Below are positions 39,542 to 52,536 of a stretch of 64,000 nt of DNA, piece after piece (the stretch's first letter is position 1; every line of letters starts with the position of its first letter). The stretch lies in the NCBI RefSeq assembly GCF_006345805.1, contig NC_043016.1:1922001-1986000 (forward strand), in the 5' to 3' direction. Source of the stretch: Octopus sinensis (lineage: Eukaryota). Under the pieces are notes generated by a model. The model was given only the letters and a program-made list of their open reading frames with translations. It was not told where the DNA came from and made no database searches. Both the position numbers and the translations under genes were made by a program.

Positions 39542-40413
39542 GTAAAATATATTTTAGTACACTAGGTAATGTAATTGCAATGCAATAAAAACACTTGTGT
39601 ATTAACAATTGGGTATTCTACCAGCGGTAGATTGGATAGATATTATCCCTTAGTGGGTTGGATTCACAACCTCTAACTTTCTTGGAGTTTTATATAGACG
39701 TCTACCAAATCCACTCACAAGGCTTTGGTTGGCCATTGGCTATAGTAGAAGACACTTGCCTAATGTGCCATGCAGTGGGACTGAACCCGGAACTTCTCTA
39801 AAGTAAACAGAAAAGTACTTGGCAGTTTTTAAACAGATTTGTTTGAGACGACAAGAACACGTTGTTCTTCGACCGTTTAAAGAATAAATTATTCAAAAGA
39901 TGTTATGCATAGCTGTAGCTTTTAAATATCTAATATTAATATCCTCCTTGATTTCCAATGATAAGCTTAGCAGACTCCATAATTAATTCCATGTTTCACT
40001 ATACGGTAACACATTATGACACCCTATAATACAATCCATAGAAGCATCTCATAAGTGTAGTATGCATGCACAAGATGGGATACATCCTTAGAGAGACGAG
40101 AAATCTCTGACCAATATTATTTGTATTCATAAATTCCGCCGAGGTCGACTTCGCCTTTTTATCCTTTCGGAGTTGATAAAATAAGAACCTGTTAATTGTT
40201 GGGGGTCGGTGTAATCGACTTATCCCACCCCACTCCAAACTTGCTGGCCTTGTGCAAAAATTTGAGACTATTACCATTAGTATGTATACTGTGCTTATGA
40301 GCTACATGTGTGAAATGCATTTATAGTGAGAAATGATTTATTATCGATTACTGAAACATGTAGCAGATGAAATAAAGCAATACCAAATTCAAATCCATTT
40401 TCTCTTCTCTCGT

Positions 40414-40448
<35 letters not shown>

Positions 40449-41277
40449 CTATGTTGTATCACACTTGAGCCATCAACAGACCTTGTGATTGTTTTTCATC
40501 CACTCACATCCAGTTGATATCATAGCCGAATAATATCTAAGCATCTGTCTTTTTCCCTTTCCAAACACCGAAATTAGTAAAAAGAAGGAAATGGTCATTG
40601 CACCGAGAAAAGGGTCAGGCAGCAGCAGTCATTCTAGGATTCCGCTCTTTGCTGCTAAACTCAAACCGCATAGTTTAAAGGAAATCCAACAGAATGCTTG
40701 TTGGCCTCACAACGTCCCATTTCTCATATCTCTTTCACTCAAACTTCATCCGTCCCTATGTTTTCTTACTCCACTTTTCCTCTCTCTCTCTCTCATCCTC
40801 GCACTATTTTTATTACTATAATTCTTTTTCTTTATTTTTTTTTTGCTGTCTGTCTGTCAATCTGTCTGACTGTCTGTTTTCCGTTAAATCTCTTTATATA
40901 TACGTCAGTCATTCTGTCACACACGCACACAAATACAAAGATTCTTTCTCTTTAAGTCTCTTTGTTTCTAACTCTCTCTCTTTCTTTCACTCTTTCTCTC
41001 ACTCTCTCTCCCCTACCTCTCTCCCCCTCTCTTCTTCATTCTCTAAAAATTGTTTATTTGATCACCTCTCTGTCCCTTGGATACATGCTATTTCCCAACT
41101 CTTCTCACCTATTCTTTTCCTGATATATGTGTGTGTGTGTATGTATATATGTATTAAATATGTTATGTGTGTGTGTGTGTGTGTGTACGTACATGTATAT
41201 ATGTACTACGTAGTATGTATGTATGTATGTGTGTATGTATGTATGTATATATATATACTTTTATTCTTCTACTAAGA

Positions 41278-41967
41278 TTTTAGTCGAAGAAATCGATCCC
41301 AGGACTTATATTTTGTAAGCCTAGTATTTATTCTATCGGTCTCTTTGGCCGGACTGCTAAATTGCGGGGACATAAACACACACCAACATCGGTTGTCAAG
41401 TTATGGTGGGAGGAGACAATTACAGACATACACGCATGAACAGTAAAATTTCCACTTATTCCTTTTGTATTTTTCTAAAATTTTCATTGTCTTGCAACCT
41501 TTTCAATAGTCTTGACTCAAAACTATTGAAAAGGTTGCCAGACGCAAGGAAAAGTTTTGAAAAATACAAAACGAAATAAGTCGTAATTTTACCGGTGAGT
41601 GTGTTAAAATATAAGGCACTAAAAAAGAATGACTCTCACCGGATACAACAGAATATATATATATATATATTTCTCTTGAAGAGCGTAGGCTCGAAAGGTA
41701 AAAGACTTTCTCCATTTCACGAGCGTCAAACTAATATACCTGCTTGTTGTTTATACACCTGTCTCCGTCATTTGTTTTTCTGTAAATTTTATATATATAT
41801 ATATATATATACAATGGGCTTCTTTCAGTTTCTGTCTACCAAATCCACACAAAAGGCTTTGGTCAACCCGAGGCCATAATAGAATACACTTTTCCAAGGT
41901 GCCACGCAGTGGGACTGAACCCAGAACCATGTGGTTGGGAAGCAAGCTTCATACCACACACCCACCC
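41278..41967 (-). mobile_element. SINE A split by an insert (halves 41278-41430 and 41812-41967)
   Basis: The insert holds a ~65-bp-arm hairpin (41444-41591) and a degenerate hammerhead (41670-41704). Confidence 0.75.
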
Positions 41968-42033
41968 CTGGACTATATACACGCACATGCATACACACAC
42001 ACGCACGCACACACTCATAAATAAATATATATA

Positions 42034-42395
42034 AGCGCAGGTGTGGCTGTGAGGTAAGAAATTTGCTTCCCAGTCTCATGGTTCCTGGTTCAGTCCCACT
42101 GGGTAGCACCTTCGACAGGTGTCTTCTAATGCAATCTCGAGATGACCAAAGCTCTGTAAGCGGAGTCGGTAGACGGAAACTGAAAGAAACCCGTCGCACA
42201 TGTGTGGGTTTGGGTTTGCGCGCGCGTGTTTACGTTCCCGTGACCTAGCTGTTCGGTAAAAGAAACCGATAGAATACGTACCAAGCTTAAAAGAAAAAAA
42301 ACAAGAATAAGTCTTTGAATCGATTTGTTCCATTAAAACCTTTCAAGGCGGTGCCCCAGCTTAGCCGCAGTCTAGTGACTGAAACAAGTCAAGGA
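42034..42395 (+). mobile_element. SINE family A variant
   Basis: Head, body and tail match the family. Confidence 0.85.
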
Positions 42396-42428
42396 TAACG
42401 ATATGTATTATTAAGTAAGAATAATACT

Positions 42429-42475
42429 GACAATGACTTCGAAGTTTCGGCCAGCTACGCCATCGTCGGAGTGGC
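42429..42475 (-). ncRNA. Degenerate minimal hammerhead
   Basis: CCGACGA t GGC gtagctg GCC GAAAC TTCGAA GTC; palindromic helix III, U4>C, weak helix I. Confidence 0.5.
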
Positions 42476-42552
42476 ATTTTATACGTGTCATTGTGTGTGT
42501 GTGTGTGTGTGTACAGGTATATTTTAATATATATATAGTGGCTTAAATAAAA

Positions 42553-42884
42553 ATTAGAATTTTCTTCAGGTCGAGTAGCCCATTCCGCTCAAAAGTTCCT
42601 TGAATAAGGGTTGTTTAAGGATGTTGAACAAAAACCTATGTTTCCAAAGGTGAATTATTCAAACTCCAAAGAATCTCTCTCAACACACCGCTATGATGCT
42701 CCCCCACCACATCTACTCGCGTTCAGAGATGCACATATCGTCAGCAAGGTCAAACAACTAACAAGCAAATCTGTGGCATTGAGCAGAATATTTGCTGTAG
42801 CCCATCTTTTATACCAAGACAAAACAATGTACATGATAACACTTCCAATTATTTAAGAAGCCATGAGAGCCACTACATCAGGCA

Positions 42885-42938
<54 letters not shown>

Positions 42939-43422
42939 TACTATTACTATTACTATTATTATTATTATTATTGAGTGAGAGAGCAGTGCATGCCATCAAA
43001 GTGACACTGGGGTAAAATATACGAAGCCCAATATACCCATCATGACTACCCGTCTGATAAGGGTACACCAGGCACATGCATCACAACCATATGTGCGCGA
43101 CATGGTGATCTCATATCAAGATAAACAGCGCATGACCTTGCAGGTGGGGCCCAGTTAGAATTTTCTTCAGGTTGAGTAGCCCATCCCGCTCAAAAGGTCC
43201 CTGAATAAGGGTTGTTTAAGGATGTTGAAAGAACCACCACATGTTTCCAGAGGTGAATTATTCAAACCCCAAAGAATCCCTCTCAACACATGGCTATGAT
43301 GCTCCCCCACTACTCTGCTCGTGATCAGAGATGCACATATCGTCAGCCACTAAGGGACATGCTCAACTGGTTAAGGTCAAACAACTGACAAGCAAATCTG
43401 TGGTATTGAGCAGAATATTTCT

Positions 43423-43482
<60 letters not shown>

Positions 43483-43644
43483 GGTGAGAGAGTAGTGCAT
43501 GCCATCAAGTGACACTGGGGTAAAATATACGAAGCCCAATATACCCCTCATGACTACCCGTCTGATAAGGGTACACCAGGCACATGATATCACAACCATA
43601 TGTGCGTGACATGGTGATCTCATATCAAGATAAACAGCACATGA
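42553..43644 (-). mobile_element. Three same-orientation copies of one element separated by (TTA)n; probable 3' ends of a TAA-targeting retroposon
   Basis: 42553-42852, 42972-43422 and 43482-43644 overlap in sequence; the minus-strand 3' end gcactgctctctcactc runs into (AAT)n. Confidence 0.65.
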
Positions 43645-43744
43645 NNNNNNNNNNNNNNNNNNNNNNNNNNNNNNNNNNNNNNNNNNNNNNNNNNNNNNNN
43701 NNNNNNNNNNNNNNNNNNNNNNNNNNNNNNNNNNNNNNNNNNNN
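43645..43744. other. Assembly gap (100 N)
   Basis: Run of N. Confidence 1.
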
Positions 43745-44691
43745 CACCACCACCCACCCACATACACACCCAGTCCACCTGATCCTCCCTCAAACCATCG
43801 TTCAACTCATTCCAATTGCTATTTTCGTCTGGTTTTGGATATATAAGTGTAGCCTTCGATAAAACATAAGTTTAGTCTCCACAATATGTGTTGTCCGTGT
43901 GTCTCTACCCCCACCCCGCCATACATTATTATCATCATGAGACAACGAGGGAGCCTAAAACTGTAACTCGGCTTGCTAGAAATAACAGCGAAATCATCCT
44001 TTAGTCACGTCCTGCTGTGTTTAATGAAAATAGAAGCAAACGAGGAAAAGTTTAGGACTCAGTTTGATATATTTGGGGGTGTCCAGGTGGTTATTTCCGA
44101 CATACCCCTTCCCCTACAACTGGTGGCCCTGTGTCGAAACTTGAAACCCTTCTTATGATTTTATTGATACTCGAATATTTCCTTTGAAATTTCCAGAGAA
44201 TTACCAAATAGGAGGGTCTTCTGTCAAGGGAAATCATAATTAGTTATTAATGTCAACTCTTCAAGACAACTTATGCATCTCACTCCATTGAGAACTATAT
44301 CCTCTACCATTTCTTCTACCTTTTTTTCTTCTTCTGATCTTCCTCTTCCTCCACCTCAGCATCCTCCCATTCTCATTCTGACCCCTTCCTTCTTTCAACA
44401 TTATTGTTTTATTTCTAACACGTTGCATGAATCCAGTGCCACACACCTCGGAAAGCATCGTCCATGATCAGTGTCGTACGACACTTTGCACTTCTTTTTT
44501 CTCCATTTGCTCCTACAATTTACTATTTTCCAAGAACTACATAATCCAGCTAAAATATTCTCAAGAATGAAATATTCTTGTACCGATTGTAACGTTATTC
44601 TCAAGAATAACGGCGGAGAGAGACTAGAGAAATTAAGCAAAACAAAGCACAATTAAAAAATTAAACACCAGATCACTTTAGATTATTTATA

Positions 44692-45083
44692 TAGGTGCAG
44701 GAGTGACTGGTGGGTAAGTAGCTTGCTTAACAACCACATGGTTCAGTCCCACTATTTGACACCTTGGGCAAGTGTCTTCTTCTATAGTCTCGGCCGATCA
44801 AAGCCTTGTGAGTGGATTTGGTTGACGGAAACTGAAAGAAGCCCGTCGTATATATGAATATATATGTGTGTGTGTCTGTGTTTGTCCACCTAACATCGCT
44901 TGATAACCGATGCTGGTGTATTTACGTCCCTGTAACTTAGCGGTTGGATAAAAGAGACCGATAGAATAAGTACAAGGCTTACAAAGAATAAGTCCTGGGG
45001 TCATTTTGCTCGACTAACAGTAGTGCTCCAGCATGGCCACAGTCAAAACAATTGAAACAAATAAAAGAATAAAAGAGTAAAAG
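44692..45083 (+). mobile_element. SINE family A
   Basis: Matches the family. Confidence 0.9.
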
Positions 45084-45724
45084 AATTCTGATGAGAAAGT
45101 GCGTCACTTTTATTTTATAATGTAACTTCGGCTTCACAGAAGCTGAAGAGATTGAAAGAGGTCGGAACTGGAATGCTTTGATTAACTAAGCATATTTACT
45201 CCCACGTTATTTCACTAATTCTCTAACTCTCTCTCTCTCTCTCTCTCTCTCTCGCTCACTCTCTCTCACTCTCTCCTACTCTGTTATTCTCTCTTCTTTT
45301 TGTGCGTATGTTTACCTTTCTTCAGCTTTCCTCCTCTCTCTCCCACTCTCTCTCCCTCTCTCTCTCTTAGTCTCCTTTTGATTCTCGGTATCTGTTTCTC
45401 TCTGTCTCCCTTTCTCTCTCCTCCCTCTCCCCCTCGTTCGCCCAGTCTCTTTAACTTAATCCCTGGGTTTAGTTAATAGCTGCAAGATCAAAATGGCTTT
45501 ACATTTTTCACACGCACAGTTAACCAAACATTAATCAATAATTTCCTACATTGACACAGCTCAAAGAACAGTGGGTGTGGTGGATATGGTGGTACTGGTG
45601 GCGGTGGGGGTGGGTGGCAAAGGAGGGTAAAGTCAACTGAATCAAATCAGTATATATCCTAATCATGCGCCGTACACTTTACCGCAGCATTTACGACCGC
45701 ATTCTTTCTCTGAGAGAGAGAAGG

Positions 45725-45766
<42 letters not shown>

Positions 45767-46142
45767 GAGAGATAGAGTGGAAGAGCGAAGGAACGTTGCA
45801 AGTGGTCGACCGCCGCTTTCTGGCTGCATAGCGCAGCCGATTACGAAAAGGGGAGAGTGGGAAAGGGGAACAGAAAGTGAGCAGTCAACTTAAAAAACAC
45901 AACTAGAATTTAATTTATTAACCCCGAGAGGATGAAAGACAATGCTGACCTCGGCAGAATTTGATCTCAGGGTGCAGAGAGCAGAACAATTATCGCAAGG
46001 CATTTTATTGGATGCTATAATGAATCGACCACTTCACCTCATCTGTTACTGTGTTCTTTTGTAATAACCCAAGGAAATGAAAGACAATATCAGAATAAAT
46101 GATATTTGAACTGCTGACGCAAGTTACAATCCCACTGACGCG

Positions 46143-46390
46143 CATTATTTACATTATTTACATTCGACGGATATTTGTCCTCATCTTGTTTGTTGTTAAC
46201 ACAACGTTTCGGCTGATATATCTTCCAGCCTTCATCGGTGTCTGGGGAAAATTTCGAACCTGGGTTCTCATTCCTAAGGTATTTTCCTAAGACACCTGAT
46301 GAAGGCTGGAAGATATATCAGCCGAAACGTTTGTTAACAACAAACAAGATAAGGACAAATATCCGTCGAATGTAAATAATGTAAATAATG
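46143..46390. mobile_element. Palindromic ~250-bp element with a hammerhead in each arm
   Basis: Arms 46143-46252 / 46281-46390; plus-strand motif gacac CTGATGA a GGCTG..CAGCC GAAACGTT tgtt at 46291-46335. Confidence 0.85.
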
Positions 46391-47044
46391 TGCATAATTC
46401 CTCATCTCTCAAATATAAACCTGTACCACTTACGATGTTTTGACGATTCTGACGCTTCATTACAGTCAACTAAAAGAGCCTCTACGTGGTCATTCGGCTT
46501 GCAAGAAATGGCAGCCAAATCTGACAATTTAAATTCTAGTACCACAGACAAACGATATGCTACACAATTAAATCAATGATTGTACTAAAATACGCGATGG
46601 CCACGACTAGAATGCGTTTTTATTTCGGGTCTGAAATGTTTGACAACTAATGGTGGAGCCGCGAAATAGTAGCTAAATAGCCTTCTAATACATACTTCAG
46701 TTTTGAAAAAAAAAATGAAAGGTCACAACAGAAAAGAAATCCTGGATGTATAAAAGATAGAACTTATTTAAAAAATAAGATAGGGTGGCCATGATAGGAA
46801 CATCTTTGATCATAGATTTGTTCATTCAGAGCTGAATAACGAAGTACATTTACTGAAGCAACACATAAATAAATCTTTTCTATATTTGGTTTTCTTCTGA
46901 CCTGAGAGAATATTAATCTTCTTTCTAATGTCGTGTTACGGCAAAAAAATTGGCGTGTGAGAGAGTCATGCTGGAATGCTCAGTGCAGATTTGATCATTA
47001 GATATCATGATATCACCGAGGAATATGTGTGTTTGTGTGTTTTA

Positions 47045-47320
47045 TTTGTTTCTTTCATTAGACTTAGTCCATGCTGTGGCACCACCCTGAAAGATTTTGA
47101 TGTAGCAACCCCGTACTTTTTAAGCCTGTTCTATCGATTCCTTTTGCCGAACCAGTTGTGAAGTGGTAGTGGGAAGCACACACACATAACGGGTTTCCGT
47201 CGACCAAACTCTTCTCACACGGTTTTGGTCGGCTCGAGGCTTATAGCTGAAGACATGGCCAGGTAACTGAACCCAGAATCATGTGGTTGAGAAGTGAACT
47301 TTTTACCATATAGCCGCGTG
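47045..47320 (-). mobile_element. Old degenerate SINE A
   Basis: ggttttggtcggctcgaggc..actgaacccagaatcatgtggtt. Confidence 0.65.
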
Positions 47321-48300
47321 CGCTTTGCTAATTTTATTCATTATTGAATATGCTAAATTTGCCATGCTTTAGATGGAAACACTTTACGCCATCGGATATA
47401 TCAGAAAATTGGCAGAGTTGTTAGAACTCTCCAAGACTAGGTGACTTCTGGAGCTAACGTCACCAATTATTTGACACAACGGTGAAGCCACAGGAAGAAG
47501 CTGTCAACTGACACTAAGGCCCATTTTTATACAACACGTAGCGCTGTAGAAATGAATATTGCCAACTACGAAATCTACACTGCTTCCCTTTCATAATTGG
47601 TTCATAATTTTCTTCATTGACCTCGAGAAGATGGGTGCCAAACTCATACTCGGATTTGACCTCAAAAACGTAAATGGATGCAAGACAAAGAATTTTGTCC
47701 AGCGTCCTGCCTAATCTGGCATCCAAAGCTTTTCTGCTCTCTTCTAAATAGCATGATGAATAAATATGCCGAGTGTACAAACAGCTATGGCGCTGGTCAT
47801 GAACTTTTAGCAACATCAGTAGAACTCAAGTCGTGGGTATGCTCTCTGAATTTTGAAAATATATTTCCTTATAATAATTAACATTTAATCTTGTCATTAA
47901 TGCATTTCATTAATTAGCTATTCGCATGCTAATTGAAACCACATTTTCATTTTAGTTTAATGTGAAATGATACAATCACTTTACATTTATGCTTCCATTT
48001 GCAATTTATACATATTTTCCATCTCAACAATTTTTTTTAGATGGATCAACATTCTAGAAATAAGAGAGGGAGAGAGAGGGGAGGGAGAATTCCATGATGA
48101 CGGTGATTAATTCAACTTTTGTCTGGATAGAAAGGAGGAGCATGTGGTTAAAAATCAAATCGATGTGAGACAAATCTGGGGGATTCGACGCTAAACAATC
48201 ACAGTTATGTTTTCCCAGTGCTAGTACATAGCTCCAGATATTATCAACTTTAATATGGAACTCGCATATGACTACAACAGCTCTATCACTAAAGCCTTTG

Positions 48301-48333
<33 letters not shown>

Positions 48334-49824
48334 TTGAATCTCGGAGTTAATAAAGTTCTTGCTGTGTTTTTCAGTTGATTGCTTTCTCTCTCCTCACTAT
48401 CCCTTTCTCTTTCTCTTCTCTCCCCCTCTCTCTTCTCTCCCCTTCTCTCTTCTCTCTCTCTCACTATCCCTCTCTCTCCCTCTCTCCTTCTCTCCCTCTC
48501 TCTTTCATAATCGGCTGAGCTGTGCTGTCAGAAACAACGAGTTATATAAGTATATATACATACATACATATATATATATGTATATATATATATATATGTA
48601 TATATACACACACAAATACAATATGTATGCATGTATGTATGTCCGTATGTATGTATGTATTTGTCTTTATTGTAGTAATACTCTTTGCAAAGTGAAGTGG
48701 ATCTATTGGCAATTTCTCAAGGAATCACTGGAGCGTCTAAATTCAAATATTATTCGGGATTCGTTCCGGATCTCTGCTCTCCGACTTCAGACAATGCCCT
48801 CGGCGACTACATTACGTTATGCCGGAGTCGATAAATAAAGAATCACATTTCGAGGCGGGACGTTAGTGGAGTTAGTACAGCACCAGACAATATTCTTGCA
48901 GTTATTACATTTCTCAATGTTCTTAATTCATATTTCTCTTGAGATTTAAAGAGTCAGTAATCTTTGCCCGCTTTCTCTCACTCCCTTTCTGTTTCTCGCT
49001 CTCGCTCTCTCGGATTACATCATGGGACCAGCGATGCATTATCATTTCTTCTGAGAACTTTGTTAAATCTGAAATTTCCATCTCTGTAACAACATTGCCA
49101 TATCTGACTGCTTTGACGCTGATTCTTATAGCCATTATTCTGTATTCATATTTCGCTTGAGATTTAAATCACCAACGCTTCATCCTCTGGCAGAAGACGT
49201 GAAGGCCAACTGACATAGAGTTGGAGATATTGCTCAGGTTTTTCTCTGCAGCCCGGATGGTTTACCATCATCTTGGCATCAATGTTCCGTGAACACTGTA
49301 ACTTTGACTGCTGCAGTTCCAGTTCCACAGTTTCGGTGCGAATCAGACTTGTGACACTTTCCTTTACGTTGATCAAACTCACCAACGAAGAAATCCAGTG
49401 TTTCAAAATTTCTGACTGCAACTATGACGAAGATGCCTCTGATCATAAAACATGTGGCGTACACGTTTTTTTTTCTTTTCTTATAGCATATCATTGATAG
49501 AAGCTAAAGATCATGTAATTGGCAGAAGAGATAGGATACCAGACAAAAGGTTTTGTGACATTTAGCAATGAATTTTAAATTTCCAGATTCAAATCCCGTC
49601 TTTTCTTGTGTTGTTTTCTTAAAATAAATAATGAGCTGCATGTATATATTTCCGAAAATAAATATGGCTGCAGCTTACGAGGAGATACTCAAAAGTATCC
49701 GAAAACGTTGATAGGGGTAAATTTCACAATGAATTATCAATTCACGTAAAGTTTATATAGATAGACGGTTTAATTTAACGTGTTTATAAAACAGTCGATG
49801 AGGGTTTCTTCATGTTTAGCACTT

Positions 49825-49883
<59 letters not shown>

Positions 49884-49976
49884 ATGAATTTTTATAAATC
49901 TTATAATTTTCTCATTTTTGAAATCTTTTAAATTTTGTAAAAATATATTGGTAAGTTATATATCTATATCTATCTA

Positions 49977-50011
<35 letters not shown>

Positions 50012-50586
50012 TTATTTATTTACTTATTCTTATTTTTAATGAAGATATTTTAGAATTTTTAGGATTAAGTTGGATTCGTTAAAAATAATAATAATAATGA
50101 TAATAATAATAAGAGGAAAGTAGCCTGAGCATGCACTGGTATAGCTTGGTAAAACAAAACCACCAGCGTTGAATACGTGTAGCGTTGATTAATATTATCT
50201 TAGGTAAGGTATATAATATTTTTTTAAATATATTTAAATAATTTATATTCAATTCTAATGTACTGTATTCTTATTGTACGTTAAAGTAGGCTTTAAAATG
50301 CTTATATTATTAGATTAGTATTTTAGATATAATTTTCTGTGTACTGCAGTAAATAGGGTCGTCCAGAAAAGGAAGTTGCAAAATCGCAAATTTGTAATAA
50401 TAATATTATAATTTATGCTGTTTGCCTTGCATTAGTAAAGTATAACATAGTAAATATCCTGAAAACCTGGAATAATTATTATTCCCTAAGGTTTTTTAAA
50501 ATATTCATATATATATATATATATATATATCAGAAATTAAAAAAGGAAAATACGCACACTTATATAGTTTTTATATAATTTTTAAT

Positions 50587-50621
50587 ATATCGACCGGTTT
50601 CGCTATCGCTATTCATGATAT
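50587..50621 (-). ncRNA. Minimal hammerhead, A3-U8 variant (inverted arm)
   Basis: Reverse complement of 55088-55122. Confidence 0.7.
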
Positions 50622-52536
50622 TATATTTTACTTATTTGAATATATATTTTTTCTTAAGAAGAAATTTTGTCCATGTTGTGTGTGATGAAATTCACGAGTG
50701 AATGACTTCACAAGTAGATAAATAAGGGGAGGTCATTGGTTGTCGTTATTATTGTTATTGTTGTGGGTAAGGGAGATAATTGTCCAGCTTTCGGTAATGG
50801 GTGGGGATTATATATGTGTACAGACAGTTTCAAAGACCTTGTTTAGTAGGGGATGTATGTACAGTGATGTAATCGTGAATTGAAATATGTAAAAAATATA
50901 AGTTGGTTATGCGTGCATATTAAGAGATGTTTTGTATTTTTTAATGGAAAAAGTTTCTTTATTTAAACTTCTAGTTGAGAGATTGCGTCTTTGCACTGGT
51001 AGAAAGGGAAGACAGAGAATTTGGTTTGATGTTACCTGCACATTTTTCTATGTGTTCACTAAGAGAAATTTGTCAGTATTGCAGGAAAAGGATTTGCTCT
51101 TTATGTAGAGTGTTTCTCTTTCTCAAGGTCATACTCATTTGTCCAATATAGTTGTGTCCGCAACCCGTGCAGGTTATTACATAAATTAGGTTCTCAGGGG
51201 GACAAGTGAAAATAGTTTTAATTGTGAACCTCTGTCCTTGTTTGAAAAGGAAATCCGAGCCTTCAAGCATGTTGGGGCAGGTTCCACAGTTTGGCGTCCA
51301 CATTTTTCAACCGTTGGTTTCGTGGTTGTTTTGTAAAGCTTCGCATTTGTTAGTAATCTCTTTAGCGATTTGTCTTGTTTTTTGCATTTGATGAGTTTGT
51401 GTGTTTTCAGGATGTCGTTCATTTTTGGATCTCTAGTTAGTAAAGGAAAAGTTTCCACAATAGTGTTGAATGCCTCAAAACAACACATATTGAAAAACAA
51501 TATCCACCCTCACTTATTGTCGACAATTAGACACAAAAACACTAAGAACAACAAAACATAACACCATACCTCAACTCAAAACATTACTATTTATATCAAC
51601 ACAAAACCCTAGAAACTGTGAGGCATTCAACTCTATTGTGCAAACTCTTCCTTTAAATGATAAAAAATAACAATAAAGCAGAAATTTACGAAAAATGGAT
51701 TAACTCAACACCTTTAATCCTACCACGCAAGTTTCAAATTAAACCAATCCCAGAAGAACCAGAACAGCAAAGAAAACTTAGGGAGAAATTAGCATTAGAA
51801 AAAATAAAAATAGAAATTGGGTTACTCAAACTCAGAGCATCGAATAACGAACAAAAATACAAAAAGATCGATGAGGAAATGCACATCGATCTCACTAAAC
51901 ATACTGAGGAACAACTTTTGGAAGTATTTTAAAATTATGGAAAGACAACTGTGAGACGGAAGAAATAAACTCTCTGCAACGATGGGGAAACAGTATTAAC
52001 TTCTTCCTCAATTATGAAACTCAATTCAAAAGAGACTACACTTCAGATAACCCCTTCCTTATAAAAATCCAGAACAAATGCATCTACACAAATAAATACA
52101 CATCCACCTAGATCAAACAATCAAAACCCCAAAAAATACAAACACAGTAAAGTACCCCAATACCTAGAAGTAAACCATTCTCTATCTAATAACAGGAACT
52201 ACCCACCTATTAGAAACACTAGAAGAAACCAGCCTAGATTAAGGAGTAGTAATTTTTTCTACCCAGCATCTAGAAATATACAAGAGATCCCCTTTACCCC
52301 TCAACGAAGAAACAACATAATTAAGCACCCCAAGAATTCATTCCAACGAAGAAATCCTAACCACGTTCTCCCAACCAGTTTACCCAGGCAACAACACCAA
52401 CCCCCCAGCCACCCGAATATAACAAGTACTAATAATACTGATTTAATTAATAACAATAATAACACCAAATATAAATTCTACCAACCGAACCTCAATCAAC
52501 ATTTTTTAGACCAAGTGGAGAGAAACAGGGACACAC

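Noticed and set aside
45087-45170. CTGATGA / CTGAAGA as hammerhead cores
   Set aside because: No correctly placed helix II-GAAA-helix III-UH or helix I.
47514-47816. 100-aa ORF as a host gene
   Set aside because: No splice or domain support; at most a faint resemblance to a decayed mariner C-terminus.
47870-48010. TAAT/octamer-rich stretch as an enhancer
   Set aside because: Expected by chance in AT-rich DNA without conservation data.
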